The notes: generated by a model from the sequence alone, not told the origin. A stretch of 64,000 nt of DNA from Takakia lepidozioides (GCA_030704615.1 CM060732.1:80848001-80912000); one strand, 5' to 3'; counted from the stretch's first letter, positions 11,473-24,518 are shown. Program-made: numbers and translations.

Positions 11473-14400
11473 ATGGCTGACATCACAGAGTTGCGGATAG
11501 TACTTCCCATGACAGGTACTTCCTGAATCAACCCAAACCTCGCCTTCTCTCAGTTGCCATGGGTATTTGTCCCTCATTTTCGTGTGGTAACAGGGGGTGA
11601 CATACTTGATTGCTTGGTTGTGGGCTAGCAGTGGAAGAATTCAGGAGGGCACAAAAATTTGCAAATTGCAGAACCAATGAACACAACACCGTGGAGGGCC
11701 AGGGAGGCCAGGTTTGAATTCCATCCATGCCTCACATTTCAACAATCCCCACTAGACTCCTAAGGTGGAGCCATTGATCGTAACTCACTGGGAAAAGCTT
11801 GCCCGTTTGCAGCCCTCTAGCTGTTTCAAGGCGTGGTTATGCATCTTTTTTGTACCTAACTGCACTTTTGGCTTCTTAATTTGGAACATTTGGTGCATTT
11901 GGGGATGGAGGGAACAGCTGCTTTCAAGTATGCCTTACGAAGATGAGGTTTGGGGAGTGGGCACGTACAGTCACAGCCTTTATCGCCTTGGAGACCGCCT
12001 ACCTGACTGGGTAGGTGACTGACAGACAGAATGCACATCCTCCTTGCAGAAAGTAAATAAGCAAGAAAGAAACTTATGACGGGAAAATTACAACAACAAG
12101 AAAGAGGAAGTGCTTCATGCAGGTAAAGCTGAATGGGAAAAAGAAAGAATGTCAGTGTCCCAAGTCCCATGGGACAAAGTAACAAGAAACTCACATCAAG
12201 AGAAAGAAGAAGGTAAAAGGAATTATTACATCCACTGAAGGCCAAAAAAGTAGAGTAACAAATATACAGATTGAAAACCAAAGGATTGCTCAAGTGTGGC
12301 AAGACGCAAGGATACCTGATGCAGGTGAGACACAAAGAGAGACAGAGAATGAAAGAAATGAAATGATTCTTAATAATGTCCGCATAAAGCTTAAAGAGCT
12401 TATGGGACAAGAGAAAGCATGAAACAAGAAAGAGCGAAGGCCCTCTACAAGCAGCCCAAAAACGACTGTTGCTTGAGGGATTACGTCTGCTGGAAGCCCA
12501 GAGTGTCCAATGTGCTCCTGTAAACAACACAATAGAGAACCACAGGAACTAAAATGTAGACCCCAGAAATTTTTGAGAGCAACATCAAGCCTCGGGCAGT
12601 GGTGTGTCGGTTTTGAAGTGCGTGGATCCTGTGTGTTGAAGTCCAGGTATAGTCACTTACTATCCACAAGCTCTGACAAAAGAGGGTGGTGACAGGTGAC
12701 CCGTCTGGTGCCATCAAATGCACTAGTTATTGACGAAAAGACCTGGATGACGTACCCCTTCAGCCGCACAGTCATTACAATCCCTTTCTTCCGCAAGGTT
12801 TGCTGCAGCTGCAATAGCTTTCTTATTCCTGCTTTCTGCAACCTCCCTTGAGATGTAGGATGGTAAGTTTGTAGGTCTCCCTCTTTTTTGATGTGATTTC
12901 TGTTGTTGTTCTACTTCATTGAGTGGGCCCTCTGCCCCCGTGTGGATGTCTTTCGTTTGAAACTTTTTTCTTCTTTGAGCTTTTTTTTTCTGCCTTTTCT
13001 TTCTGTGGATGTTATAAAGTATCATTTCATTTCTTTTCCTTTTGTCACTCTCTGGACTTGGAAGGTTTTTCCTTTGAGATTGGATAATTGAGGTGGCTCA
13101 TTTAACTCCAGTAAACATTTGTGGTAATGGTTTTGTGGGGTCTCGGAATAGCTGAAGATAGAGATGCTGAGCATGCACGTGGATGACAATGGTTCAACTG
13201 ATAACATTCTTGGCCTCAGTGAAGCTGACCTTGCCATCCGTCAAGTGGACATGGTTGACATTGCAAATGACCAGGTTGAATTTTTATGTTTCTATTTTAT
13301 ACACAAGTAGAGGATGGGGAGGAAGAACAAAGAAACTTTATTACGTTAGCGGGAGGCCTAAAGAGCCCAAGGGACACAAGCAGAACAACACTGTAGAAGC
13401 ACAGAAACCAAAGAACAACTGAAGAAAGATAGGGGAAGGTAGTAGGAAGGAGGAGATCTACTCGTTGACTGCATCCTGCTGGAACTTTCTCTTGCAACAG
13501 CCTTATCACTTGTAGTCCCAGGAAATAATTTTGGAGCTTTTGTGGTTTACTTTGTCCATGCACAAGTTTGAGTGAGACTCATTTGATTTCAAGCAGACAC
13601 ATTCAGTTGCATAAAATAGGCTGATTTGGTATGGGCAGGTTCTAAAAAGGGATTATCGCGCAGAACTCGACCCAAAGCTGTACAAATCAGAGAAGACTGG
13701 GCAAGTCTCGTTCTTTTCCAGCCTGTTACTTGCAGTTATTCACTCTCATTGTGACCTCACTCACTCACTAGGTTTAAGTGTCTGACAATAGTTCGTAGAG
13801 GATTAATTCCAGCAATTCTGCAGAGACAGAGACAGATGCTAGTTCATAATGAAGGGTGTCTGATTGGTTTGACAGGCGTGGGCCTTTAGTAAAGGATTGG
13901 CGTGTTACAGTGGAGCCGGTGATGTGTGCATACAGGCTAGTGAAAGTGGAAGCCAAGTAAGTAACTGGTTCCTTTCACGTCTTTTGTCCTCCTGGAATAA
14001 GCCTGCATCTCGCAAGTTAGCAACTAAAAAATTCTGTACTAACCGTGGCCTTGAGTTATTGCAAAGCGAAAAGATTTTGTCTGTCTCAGTGCAGCCAGGG
14101 TGGTTTGATGGTGGGGCATCCCAGTGTGGCAAATGTCAATGTATATGCCTGTGAATGATACCATGGTGAGATGAGGCAGGATATATGATTTTAAATAATT
14201 TCTCTTTTGATAGAACACAAATCTGAAGTAGAAGGATTCGCATGTTACTTGAAAGGGTAGGCTGGATTTACAGTTATTATGGATTCACAATTTTGACCGG
14301 GCTTTCAATTTCCTTTTCAATCATGTACCTGCCAAATTGCAAGAAACAAAGTTGCTCTTGCACTTTAACTTGCTTCTCTTTCATTTGTCTGCTAACTGTT

Positions 14401-17400
14401 TCAACTCTCTTTTGTTGCTGCAGCTACTGGGGATTTCAAAAGCGCGCACAGAAACTAATGCTGAATGGCATCCGCCAGGTGGCACCCCACTCCTCAAGTC
14501 CAGAAGAAGAGAAGAAGAAAGGAGTAGTAAAGTTCACTAAGTTGGAGTTGTGCTTCCAGTTTCAGCTTGTTTGTACATATTAGCTACAAGAAAAATGGTA
14601 TTGAAGTTTCCCATTTTGTAGTCACCAATCACCTTTTTGGCTCTGAGCTCTGGCCCTGGAAATGTGGTTGTGGGTTCAGATTGTCCTACTCACTCATCGC
14701 AATGCGTTCTGCTGGCTGGATGAATGGTTTGACCTCACTTTTGATGAGGTCTGGAACAATGTCGTTGTAAACCTGCTTGAGATCTTTATCACCTAATCCA
14801 TGTCCATGCCTGCATCTGCTGTCTGTATTCGGTCTCTTGCATGGCCTTAACCCTTGACCCCTTCTGTACCTAAAGCTCTTGCATGTCTTCTTTTCTTGCC
14901 CCACATCTTTTCTTCATTTGTTCTTTCTTTTCAGGAGAGAAGACATCTCAACAGTAAGTGATGCTGTGTTCTATAGTGGGCATTCAGATATGCGCCCGGG
15001 AAGTAGAAGGGCGGCAGAAGTTGAGGGCCACAGTGAAGCACCCACCTCTAATTGATGCCAAAAATGGCAAAGAGCCTGTGAATGAGGACTCCTCCTCCAG
15101 TGACGACAGTGGTACCAGTGACATAGAAATGGAGTTTTTCGAGGCTGAGGTAATCCTGTTTTTGGATAAATTGATCGCAACCTTGGGTGGCCAATCTGGT
15201 ATTGACCTCCTTTCAGTTCTTGTGTGGGACTGTTTGGATGAGATGTGGGCAACTAAAACGTGTTTGAGGAGAGAGTCTCCAACCTGCACTGGACTGTATA
15301 TAACTATCCAATTGAAATCGGACGTTTGAATGGGCGTAGATGGAGTGGGCCATTCAAGATGTGGATCAATTTGGTGTTTGCCAATCGTCAGGTCTGCTCC
15401 TTCTGATCCGTAGCCACTCGCATGCTCGATGTGGTTGTCCGCAAGCATACCCTTATGTACTTGTGATGTCTGTGGCACATGTTTTAGACATGGAGCCCTC
15501 TTTGATGTGACAAAGCACTACTCTCCATTCACCTTTTTGTATACGTCCCCAGCTTTGCTGTGATTATTTCACTGTAAACCAAGGCATAAAATTTGCATGT
15601 AAAAGGATTTGATAAATTGTCTTTTTGTGTGGCAAAAGCAGGGTTGGACACATTGCAGCTGGCCTGTCCACCCCCACCCTCAGATATACCTTCTAGGTAC
15701 AGTAGTGTCCTCTCTTATGTCAAACACTGTCATTATCAGTTGACTATTGATCTCCAAGGACTTTTGAAGGTCCCTGCGAGTGTGTTGATCTGCACAACTT
15801 TGGGGCAGTGCAGTAGAGGTTGTTCATGTGCCTGGATTTTCAGACTTGGAACCAATATTGGAGGATGAGCTGCTTGATTAGAGAATCAACATTTTGTTCT
15901 TGATAGAGGTATGCTGACTCTTATGTCTGGGTGGGATAGATGTGCAGTGTGTGCTGCACGTGGGAAGGCCCTCCAGTCACCAGTGCTTCTGTGCAAAACT
16001 TGCAACGAGTTCTTCTGTCAGCTCTGCTTTTCTGAGGTAAGTTACAACTTGTGCTTACCTAAGCCCCATGCTTGCTTTGACAGAGTGGGTGAGTGGCTGA
16101 AAGAAGGGATTGGAACTGGTTGTGAGAATGGAGACTATCATTGCAGAAAGTTTGCTTGAAAAACTTGTGCGTTGATGGGAATGATCACCTTGAGTAGAAA
16201 TTCATACCATTCATGGAAAGCCCAAAGAGCTTGTGGGATAAGAGCGTAAATGAAATGACTCTTTATGACATCTGTGGAAAGCTCAAAGAGCTTATGGGAC
16301 GAGAAAGCAGGAAACAAGAAAGAGCCTTCAAATCAAACAAAGAAAAATTGGAAGATAGAAAGAAATGAAATGAAATGGTACTTTATAACATAGAAAGAAT
16401 GAAGAAAGAAACTTTATAGAACAGAAAGGGGTGAATTACTGTCACACAGGCTTGTTCCCACGTGGAACTTACACTCAACAACCTATTCAAAAACTCTGAT
16501 TGTTGATGAAAAACACCTCTGTTCCATTTCTTTTCATTTCATTTCATTCCCTCTTCGTCTACAATTGAGAAGAATTTTGACAATATGCTGATGTTTGTGG
16601 GTGTAGTTTCATGTCACCCCACGCCTAAAGGACCATGCCAGTCAGAGTATCAGAACATGCCTGGATTCAACAAATTCCATAGATCCTGCCTCACTGGCTC
16701 CCAGTTTAGGAGAGCTGCGGGGTCTGGCCAAGACCAGGAGTGACACTGCAGAGTTGGATCGCCCTCCACTTTCTGAGAATGGACAGGACAGAAAAATCCT
16801 CCCCAAACAGGTGACACAAAGTTCCTCGTCCCATCACCCTTTCAAGATTCTGCTCATCTCTTTAGTGTCACTGGAAGTGAAATCGCTGCGAAATGTGCCA
16901 CGACCATATTCAGGTAGGGGGCTACGATGGTAGTGTTGACATCAGCCTTATGCTGCTTTCAAGTATGAAATCAATACCATCAAATCATCATCAATCGAGC
17001 AGTACCGGAAATCTTGGGCCAAGTTTCATACATGCTAAATGAAAACTGCCTGATCAGCTCCTGAATGGTTGGGCTCCACTGACAACTGATCGTGTCATGG
17101 TTCTTCCATGATTATTTCTCATCCCTACTGTCCCCTATTCACCTGTGGATATTCTTTCTTTCTGTCTTCTACATTAAGAATGCAAGATATGTTGGGAGTT
17201 TTACCTTATGTCTTTGGAGCGTTGTGTGAGTGTTGAGTCTAGAAACAGTACTTGCACTTTAAAGGAGTTGGTGTGTTGACTTGAAGGTGGATGGATCAGT
17301 GAGAGATGTGGGCGACCCACTTAAAGAGGGAAGACGATCGGTGAGAAGAGCATCAAAACTGCGACGTAGTCAAAGTAGCTATGGTGCACTGAATGCATTT

Positions 17401-20400
17401 CTGGAGTCTGGCTTTGAGGACAACCATGTCCAGGTTGGTTCTGCTTTTCTCGACTACTTTTTGTTGGGTTTGAGTAGGCTACTAAATATTGTGGAAAGTG
17501 AGGGAGCGAGGTAGGATTGTGCCCACACACGCACACAAATGGCCTTTTTGAAGAGAGACATCTGGCTTCCGGGAATGTACGTGTGAGAGACAGGAAGACA
17601 AAAGCTGTTGTCCAAAGGGCCGACAGGATGCAGTGGTAATAGAAGTAAGCTAGAAAGAGGAAACCAGATTTCAGACTACGGAAAAGCTTTTAGTGGATCC
17701 ACCGTAGATGAACACATGGACCTATGAGCAGCCTAGTGCTGTGCTGATCACACAAAGCAACAGGGACAAATGATTCAATGCGTAACTAACTAGTGAATTT
17801 AAGTTGTTTATAGGAACCACAGGAATCAGCTTCGCTGGAGTATGCCAGTCTAGGTGCAAACAGTAACAGTCCAAATGAGCTCTCTGAAGAACTAGTGCGA
17901 ACTTTGTCCTCTCTCTATGAATGGTGTTCTGAGTCGTACTCTTCAACTTCATTATCACGCGGTGTGTCACAAGAGTTGGGATCCCCCTATCCCAAGATAG
18001 GTAGTCCGTCCTCCCAGGTATTTATCTCAGCAAATGGGGCATTCATGTGTAGGGTTGACTTTGGAAGCATTAGTAAGAAAGGATGTGAAGCTTTGCAATA
18101 GCTATGAAGGACAAAGGCCATTGCGAGGTTGTTCTTCCTCTTCTGTACTCAATAATTGTAGTAGATCGAAGTTGAAGATGTTTTTTTTGCTGGTTTACTG
18201 AGGAGGAATTTGGATCTACAGATATGAGTATGGCACTCACTTTATACAAGTCTCACAGTTTTCTCACAGACGATTTGCAAGCTAATCTCTGTGTTCCTTT
18301 ATGTTACAATTGTCCTTGCAGAATCCATCAGTTCTTGGGATGAACCTGGAGAATAGAGGGGAGGAGGGAGCACTTGATCCATATGGTATCAGAGAAGAGA
18401 ACTCTAGCTGGGAAATTGGGCTGTATGCGAGAAGTTTGGAAGTGGTGGTGGTCCCCACAGCAGAGAAGTTGAATAAGCACAGTACTTTGCATCAGCATTT
18501 GAGGTGATTATTTTGCGACAGATGTGTCTCTCTACAGAACAGTTTGTCTTGTTCTTTGGCTCCCCCCACCTTGAGTACCATTTCTTATTCTCCTCTCCCA
18601 CATACCGTTAGATACGGAGGTGCTGCTGTCTCTTTAGGGACTCCCAGTCTTGGCGGACGCTTTCAGCTCTGACGACCATAAGTGTCTGGCAGCTTCATGC
18701 AAGAGGCGCTGGTACGTTTGGTGTAATTTGATATGGGCTGTTCTTATTGTTCTACTTTATCCCATGGGGCCCCTTTTGACACTAGAAAATTTCCTCCTTT
18801 CTTGCTTTCTGTCGCTCGGTTTGTTTATGGTAAGGTGGTGGTTGTAGGGTGCCCAAGTTATGATATGTACGTAATAATTCTGTCTTTTCTTAGGCCAACA
18901 AGCCTTCCAAGCAGATTTGCTTTATTTCCTCTCTGGTGTCATCTCACAGGTATGTAGTCTGGGAGGTGCATTTAAGGAGGCCACATTACCTGATTCGGTC
19001 ACTCCGCCAGTGTTTGGGGTTTGATTGGGTCTTTGTACTTTTCTTTGACCGGTGGTCATTGGTAGACTTTGGAAGCTAACTTATGTCTGCGATGGCATTG
19101 ATCAGGGCACTGGTGAAGGGATTGAGGCATGTGGAGCCAAAGCAGATGAATCACGAGCAGTGCCTTGCTTTTTGGATCAATATCTACAACTCGCTGTTGC
19201 TGCATGTACTAAATCTCGGAAATCAAGCTCTCTTTTGATGCTTCCTGTTTTTACTTTTATCCGCTGCAATGTGAAATGAGTGTCAGAAGAAAAGACAAGA
19301 AGAGGAGAAGATTAGTGTTTTGACACACACGGGTCTGACAACTCACAGCCTGTTGATCACAAAGAAATTGATGGTGAAGAAGCATCTTAAAATCTTAAAT
19401 CTTTTGATTCACAAACATTCCCGGGTTCATAGTCTCTTACCTGAGAATGAGTGGAGATCTAGATATGAGCAGATGTGAAGTGTTGATCAGCTTATGAAAT
19501 CTGAATCTGGATCTCTTTCTACCTTGGCATGTGGACAGGCGTATTTGGTGTATGGGGTGCCAAAAGGCCATTACAAGCGCATCGCTTTTATGAACAAGGT
19601 ACACTTCTGTTGAAACTGGGACTTATTTCTAGAAAATAAAATTTTGAATTACATTGTCTTTTTCTCTGACTCCGGCTGTCTCTTCTTTCTAATGGAGTGC
19701 CCTATGGATGCAATGAAGTTTTTCTTGTCTTTTTTTCTAATGGGTGGCGGTTCCACTGTGCATTCGTAGTCCCATGTCCCACTTGTCCCATGTTGCTAGG
19801 TGACATACATTATCGGTGGATGTCAGTATACCCCACTGGCTATCGAGCACTCCATCCTCAGGGCTAACTCTTACCGTCCCACTTTGGTACGAACACTCTC
19901 TCCCTCAGTGGACTTAATACATCTCTTTTCTTTCTCTCTGTTTTTTCCACCCCTTGAAAGTTAGAAACCAAAAACTCTCTCTCTCGTGGGCCCCCATGGA
20001 TTCTCTGTAGTTATTTTCTTTCTATAGTTGTATTTTGGGCTGCTTGTGGAGGGTCCCTTTCTCTTTCTTGTTTCATGCAATCATAAGCTCTTGGAGCTTT
20101 CTGTGGACATCATCAAGTATCATGTCATTTCATATCTTTGTGTCTTCACCAAGGCACTCCATCTTTGTGCAGCAATTTAAACTGGGTTTCTAGTTGTTTC
20201 TTTGTTTCGAAGTTCCCTCCTTTCTTCATTCGTGAGGACCGCCTGTGCCCCGCTTGCACTGGAAACAACAGGAAAATCGTGAGATACCCAATCTCTCACA
20301 GAGGTCTTCCATGACGTGGATCAGACATTCTTAGCAGCATATCTACATGAGGCATTGACGCTAGACAATCCCTTGAACAATTGTTGTTTTTTGGGCTGCT

Positions 20401-21301
20401 TGTGGAGGTCCCTCTCTGTCTTTTTTCATGCTTTCTCTTGTCCCATAAGCTCTTTGAGCTTTTTGCGGACATTATAAAGTATCATATCATACCATTTCAT
20501 TTTATTTCTCTTTCTTCTCGTGAATTTTGGGTGAGGAAAGCTTGGCTCTCTTATTACATCTCTGTTGATCTCCAATCATGTCAGAAGTTTACAAAACCCC
20601 ATAGAGTTGCTTCTCTTTTTCATTTATGCATGTACCTTGTGCACTTTCTGCATCACTTTGATTTTGCCTGCAGAGTTTTTCCTTTTGTGAGTTTGACAGT
20701 TTCTTAGGGTGGTGACTATGAGTACAGGCAAGCTTGTTACCGATTCGTAAGTACAAGAAGAGCGACGAAAGATTTTCTTGTGCACTTGACCAGGCGGAGC
20801 CTCTCATCAGCTTTGCTCTCTGTTGTGGTAGCAGGTCTAGCCCTGTGGTAAGCCCCACCACAAACCCCCTTCTTTCTCTGCACTCCCCCTGTTGAGCTAC
20901 CAAATTAAGTCCTCATCCTGAACCATTCTGGGAACCAGAACATCTGCTTAAAAGAGCTGTTAAATAATTCTTCCCGACAATGGCACTGTCTGCAGGTGCG
21001 GACATACACAGGGACAAACATCCGGGCCGAGCTTCAGGCAGCATGCCAAGACTTCATAATGGCAGCAGTGGGTGTAAGTCAGAAAAAGCATGTACTCATC
21101 CCAAAAATCCTACACTGGTATGCCCCAGACTTCTCACATGATGCCAAATCTTTGGTTGAGTGGGTTGCGGAACAGCTGCCTGAAGACAAGCGTGCAGCAT
21201 TGGATGAGTGTGTGAAGAAGAAACCGGGCAAGTGGTCACAGCACCGGATGTCAGTGGTTCCTTATGATTGGAGCTTCCGATATCTTTTCGACCATCGGTG
21301 A
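11473..21301 (+). CDS. Multi-domain protein: START-like phosphatidylinositol transfer (IP_trans/PITP) domain + FFAT-like motif + B-box-like zinc finger + DUF547; 20 exons
   Basis: Phase-consistent exons: 11473-11515, 11632-11711, 11918-12010, 12696-12797, 13152-13274, 13639-13700 (GC donor), 13876-13956, 14424-14478, 14680-14748, 14988-15149, 15340-15391, 15948-16036, 16607-16810, 17287-17433, 17814-18017, 18322-18503, 19106-19205, 19539-19598, 19800-19886, 20728-20847, then the terminal exon 20996-21301 (21 segments in all). PITP motifs: ELRIVLPMTVEEF, G.GTYSHSLYRL, KTGRGPL..DW, MCAYRLV, YWGFQ, HRNAFCWLDEWFDLT. DUF547 motifs: PNELSEELVR, LAFWINIYNSLLLHAYL, IEHSILR, EPLISFALCCGSRSSP.VR.YT, IPKILHWY, PYDWSFRYLF. 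Confidence 0.85.
12340..12640 (-). mobile_element. 3'-end fragment of non-LTR retroelement (family A), intronic
   Basis: Reverse complement of the recurrent motif tttttgggctgcttg..gagggcc..tcttgtcccataagctc..gagcttt.tgcggacattat..ag.atcatttcatttc. Confidence 0.7.
16200..16400 (-). mobile_element. Clustered family-A retroelement 3'-end fragments, intronic
   Basis: Two or three partial copies (gaaatgaaatga..ctttatgacatctgtggaaagctcaaagagcttatgggac). Confidence 0.6.
20025..20515 (+). mobile_element. Two family-A retroelement 3'-end fragments, intronic
   Basis: Copies at ~20025-20140 and ~20230-20510. The second starts with EDRLCPAC, a remnant of a LINE ORF2 C-terminal zinc knuckle, and ends in (TTTCA)-like repeats. 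Confidence 0.7.
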
Positions 21302-23039
21302 TTCAGATCGGTCGCAGTCAGTAGGTGGCAAGGGTTGGTCATGTATATTGATTGGCTGGAGTGTGTTTAGTCAAGGCTTCGGCATCGTTGCAGAGAAGCT
21401 CTATTGGGCTTGTGTCTCCCTCCCCCTACCTCTTTCCTCATTGTCACAGATAAATTCTATTTCTATCTTTATTCTGAAACAATCTGAAAGACAAGCCTAA
21501 CATTGATCACGGTCACTGTCAAATGCAACCAGTATGAAATCTGCTTTGGAATTTGCAGATTTCAAATTGCCCACTCTGCCACTAGCTTTGAATGATCCAG
21601 ATGACTTCTCCTAGCTGCATGCAAATGCCATAGAACACAAGTGTACCTGTTGAAGATCCATAGAGGTATCAAATTTGTTGGCCAACAGATGTAACAGAAT
21701 GTTCAGACTTATAGAGCCACGGGATGACTGCAAGAATCCAGGTGTAGAGCACCATGGAGGTTGCAGTGTGCAAACTAAAATTGAGATTGGCCACTCGCCA
21801 GTGCAGTAGTAAAGCACCACAATTTCTCCCTCTTTCACATTTTTGAGTGGAGGAATTATCTGTCGCAATGATACAACAAGTATCTCAGCACTGCAATTGC
21901 AAGTTGACTCTTAACAAGGGGCCCCCTCTGCAACTACCCTGGGACCACCTCTGACCTACAAAGACTGGTTGGTTTCTCTACCAGCTTGCCGTAAATGAAA
22001 CTGCCCAGACAAGTCAAAACTCAATAGATGTTTCGGTATCCTTGTTCGAGAGAGGGCCGATGGGAGCCCTGAATATGTCTGTGAGCCTTCTTGTAGCAGC
22101 TGCATCTGCTTACCTTTCCCCAACAAAGATGAGATTTGCAGGCTGTTCACTCAAATTGAGAATGAAATAAGACTTGGCTGGTGCCCAGTTTACTATCAGT
22201 GCAGAAGGGCTAAAGCCAGGCCAACAAATACTTTCGTGCAGGGTTCCCAGTGAGCTGCTGCACCAGTTTCCGCTCTACATGTTTGGGAAGGGAATTCTTT
22301 GTGGGTGATGGCACTGCCAGAAGTGGTGGAATTGCCTTCTACCTCACACTAGTCAATATCTGGCCTGGTCCTGTTTCTCTCAACCTGACAAACACATCAA
22401 TGTTAACTAACACAAGTCTACAAGCCTGGAACCCCTGCAATGTTCACTATTCTTGCCCTGGGGTTCACATAGCAATTCCAATTCCCCACGTAACTATCAT
22501 CCCAGCTTTCCCCGGATACCGTATGCTGCATCAATGGCATCACCCTGCGGGTCTGCAGCAGAACCTGATGACTCAGCATCATGCACACCTACTGCTCCAT
22601 TGTATACAACTACACTCACATTCCTTCTTGGATGCATCAAAGGCGGTTACTTGAAGGAGGTCATCATCCGCCCAGTATGGCTAGTAAACAAAGTGAATGA
22701 GGTGCTGGTGATATTCAGGGTCTACATAATCAATCCTGGGCCTGTTCGGTTTCTGCCCAATGACGCACTCTTCGAGTTTGAGCCAATTGTTTCGGAAAAA
22801 GGTCTCCGCAGAGGCTTGCTCGGCCTTTACAGCTTTGCAAGGAAGGTACTGGAATGTATGACAGTACATTGGGATACATACATGGGATACATACAGCATG
22901 GGATGGCAACCATGGGATGATGTATCATCATCAACCCTAGGGTTCAGAAGATCTCTTTCACTCTCCAGCGGCTCGCTGCGAGGTCTCCAACACGAAGGTC
23001 AGATTCATGCTCTGAACTGTTTGGGTTAATCTTGTTGTG

Positions 23040-23985
23040 ATGGCGAAGTCAAAGAATCACACAGCGCACAACCAGTCGTACAAGACGCACAGGAACGGGA
23101 TCAAGAAGCCTAAGAAGCAGAAGTACACCTCCAGAAAAGGGGTAAGCTATTCTTTGTGGAACCTTGAAGTTTGTAATTTGTTGTCCGAAGCAGTAATTGT
23201 TGAAGAACGGGAGTTGGAGGCGGAAAAGTCATCTCGGTTCCTCTCCATGAACTATGCTGCGCTTTTGGAGATGTTCATGTTCTTGCCTCCCCTGTTTTCA
23301 ATACTTCTCAACGATTAAAGAGTATGAGAAAACACTAGCTTTTTAACTCATCATGGTCTCAATCACTTTATGCACAAGTTTGTGAGGCTATTGAAAATAG
23401 GAGACAAGCATACATCAGCAAGTGTATTTGCATGGAAGGAACTTCTGCAACGAGAGTCTATGCTTTATGTATAGTGTAAAGCACCTTCCCTCGAGGAGTT
23501 TCCACGACCACGATTTAGGACCCGCCCCAGAGCGCTTTACACTGAGAAACCAGTTTGAGATTTTCTCTTACATCATTTTCATTGGTGAAGTTTCCTTGGC
23601 GCACTGTTATGTTCAATCTCTCGCCCAGGGCATGAACGTGTAACCAGCTGTTCCATCTCCTTCACAAGGAAACAACCCTAACCAATGGCTCCTGTAAAGT
23701 GGAGTTCATTGTGCGTGTCAGACGAAAGTAATCATCAGGTTTCTATGAATGGATCATGAATTCCCTGTCAGTGAACAAAAGTCTAGATTGGGGCCTCGTA
23801 CAAGAGTTTGCACGAAATTTGGTCGTTAAATATGTTGGCAAATGCTGCATTTAAAATCTCCTGAAGTTGTTGGTGTGGTGGTGCAGATGGACCCTAAGTT
23901 CTTGAGGAATCAGAGATATGCCAAGAAACATAATCGTGTGGGCGGCGACAACAGTGAAGTTGATGCTGCTGAAGAAATGGAATGA
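23040..23985 (+). CDS. RPL29: 60S ribosomal protein L29 (eL29), 2 coding exons
   Basis: Exon 23040-23141 [34 protein letters not shown] plus exon 23887-23985 [32 protein letters not shown]. Confidence 0.96.
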
Positions 23986-24518
23986 GAGATGGTGTAGATG
24001 GAGCAGGCCCAATATTTGAAGGGGATTTGGACCTGCAATCCTTCTAATATCTTTGTCCTATTTGTTCAATGCTCAGCAGACGTCTCCCTGTGAAGGCAAT
24101 TTTTGTCAAATTGTGCACCTTTTGGTGTGGACAGGCTGGAAAGAGTCTGTATGGACGGATTTGTTGAGCTCAATGTAGTGCATGAGGTGACAACAGTGCA
24201 GTTGATGCTGCTGAAGAAATGGAATGAGAGATGTGTAGATGGAGCATGCCCCTGGGTGGAAAGATAAGTCTTACACATTTTTCTACCAATATTTGTGTGG
24301 AATTGAGAAAGTATGGCACATTGAAGATGTGGCAGAGCACGCAAACAGCCCTTTGCAGTACTTGTTATTTTCCTCAGGGAGTCACACAAGCTTCTTGAAT
24401 CAACCCAAAGCTCCGTCTCCCTGTGATGCAATTTTTGTAAGGCATCTCGCAACAAGTTGCTAATGGCCTTGCGGGGATTAAAATTTCATTGTTTACCAAA
24501 AGGCAGGTTTGTGCCTAA

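Noticed and set aside
13152-13274. C2 domain exon
   Set aside because: It fits the PITP motif (IET.H..DNG..EN...L....L..R.V..IDIA) in register with the flanking PITP exons.
17515-17640. Extra exon of the PITP-DUF547 gene
   Set aside because: It has an in-frame stop, and 17433 joins 17814 in phase without it.
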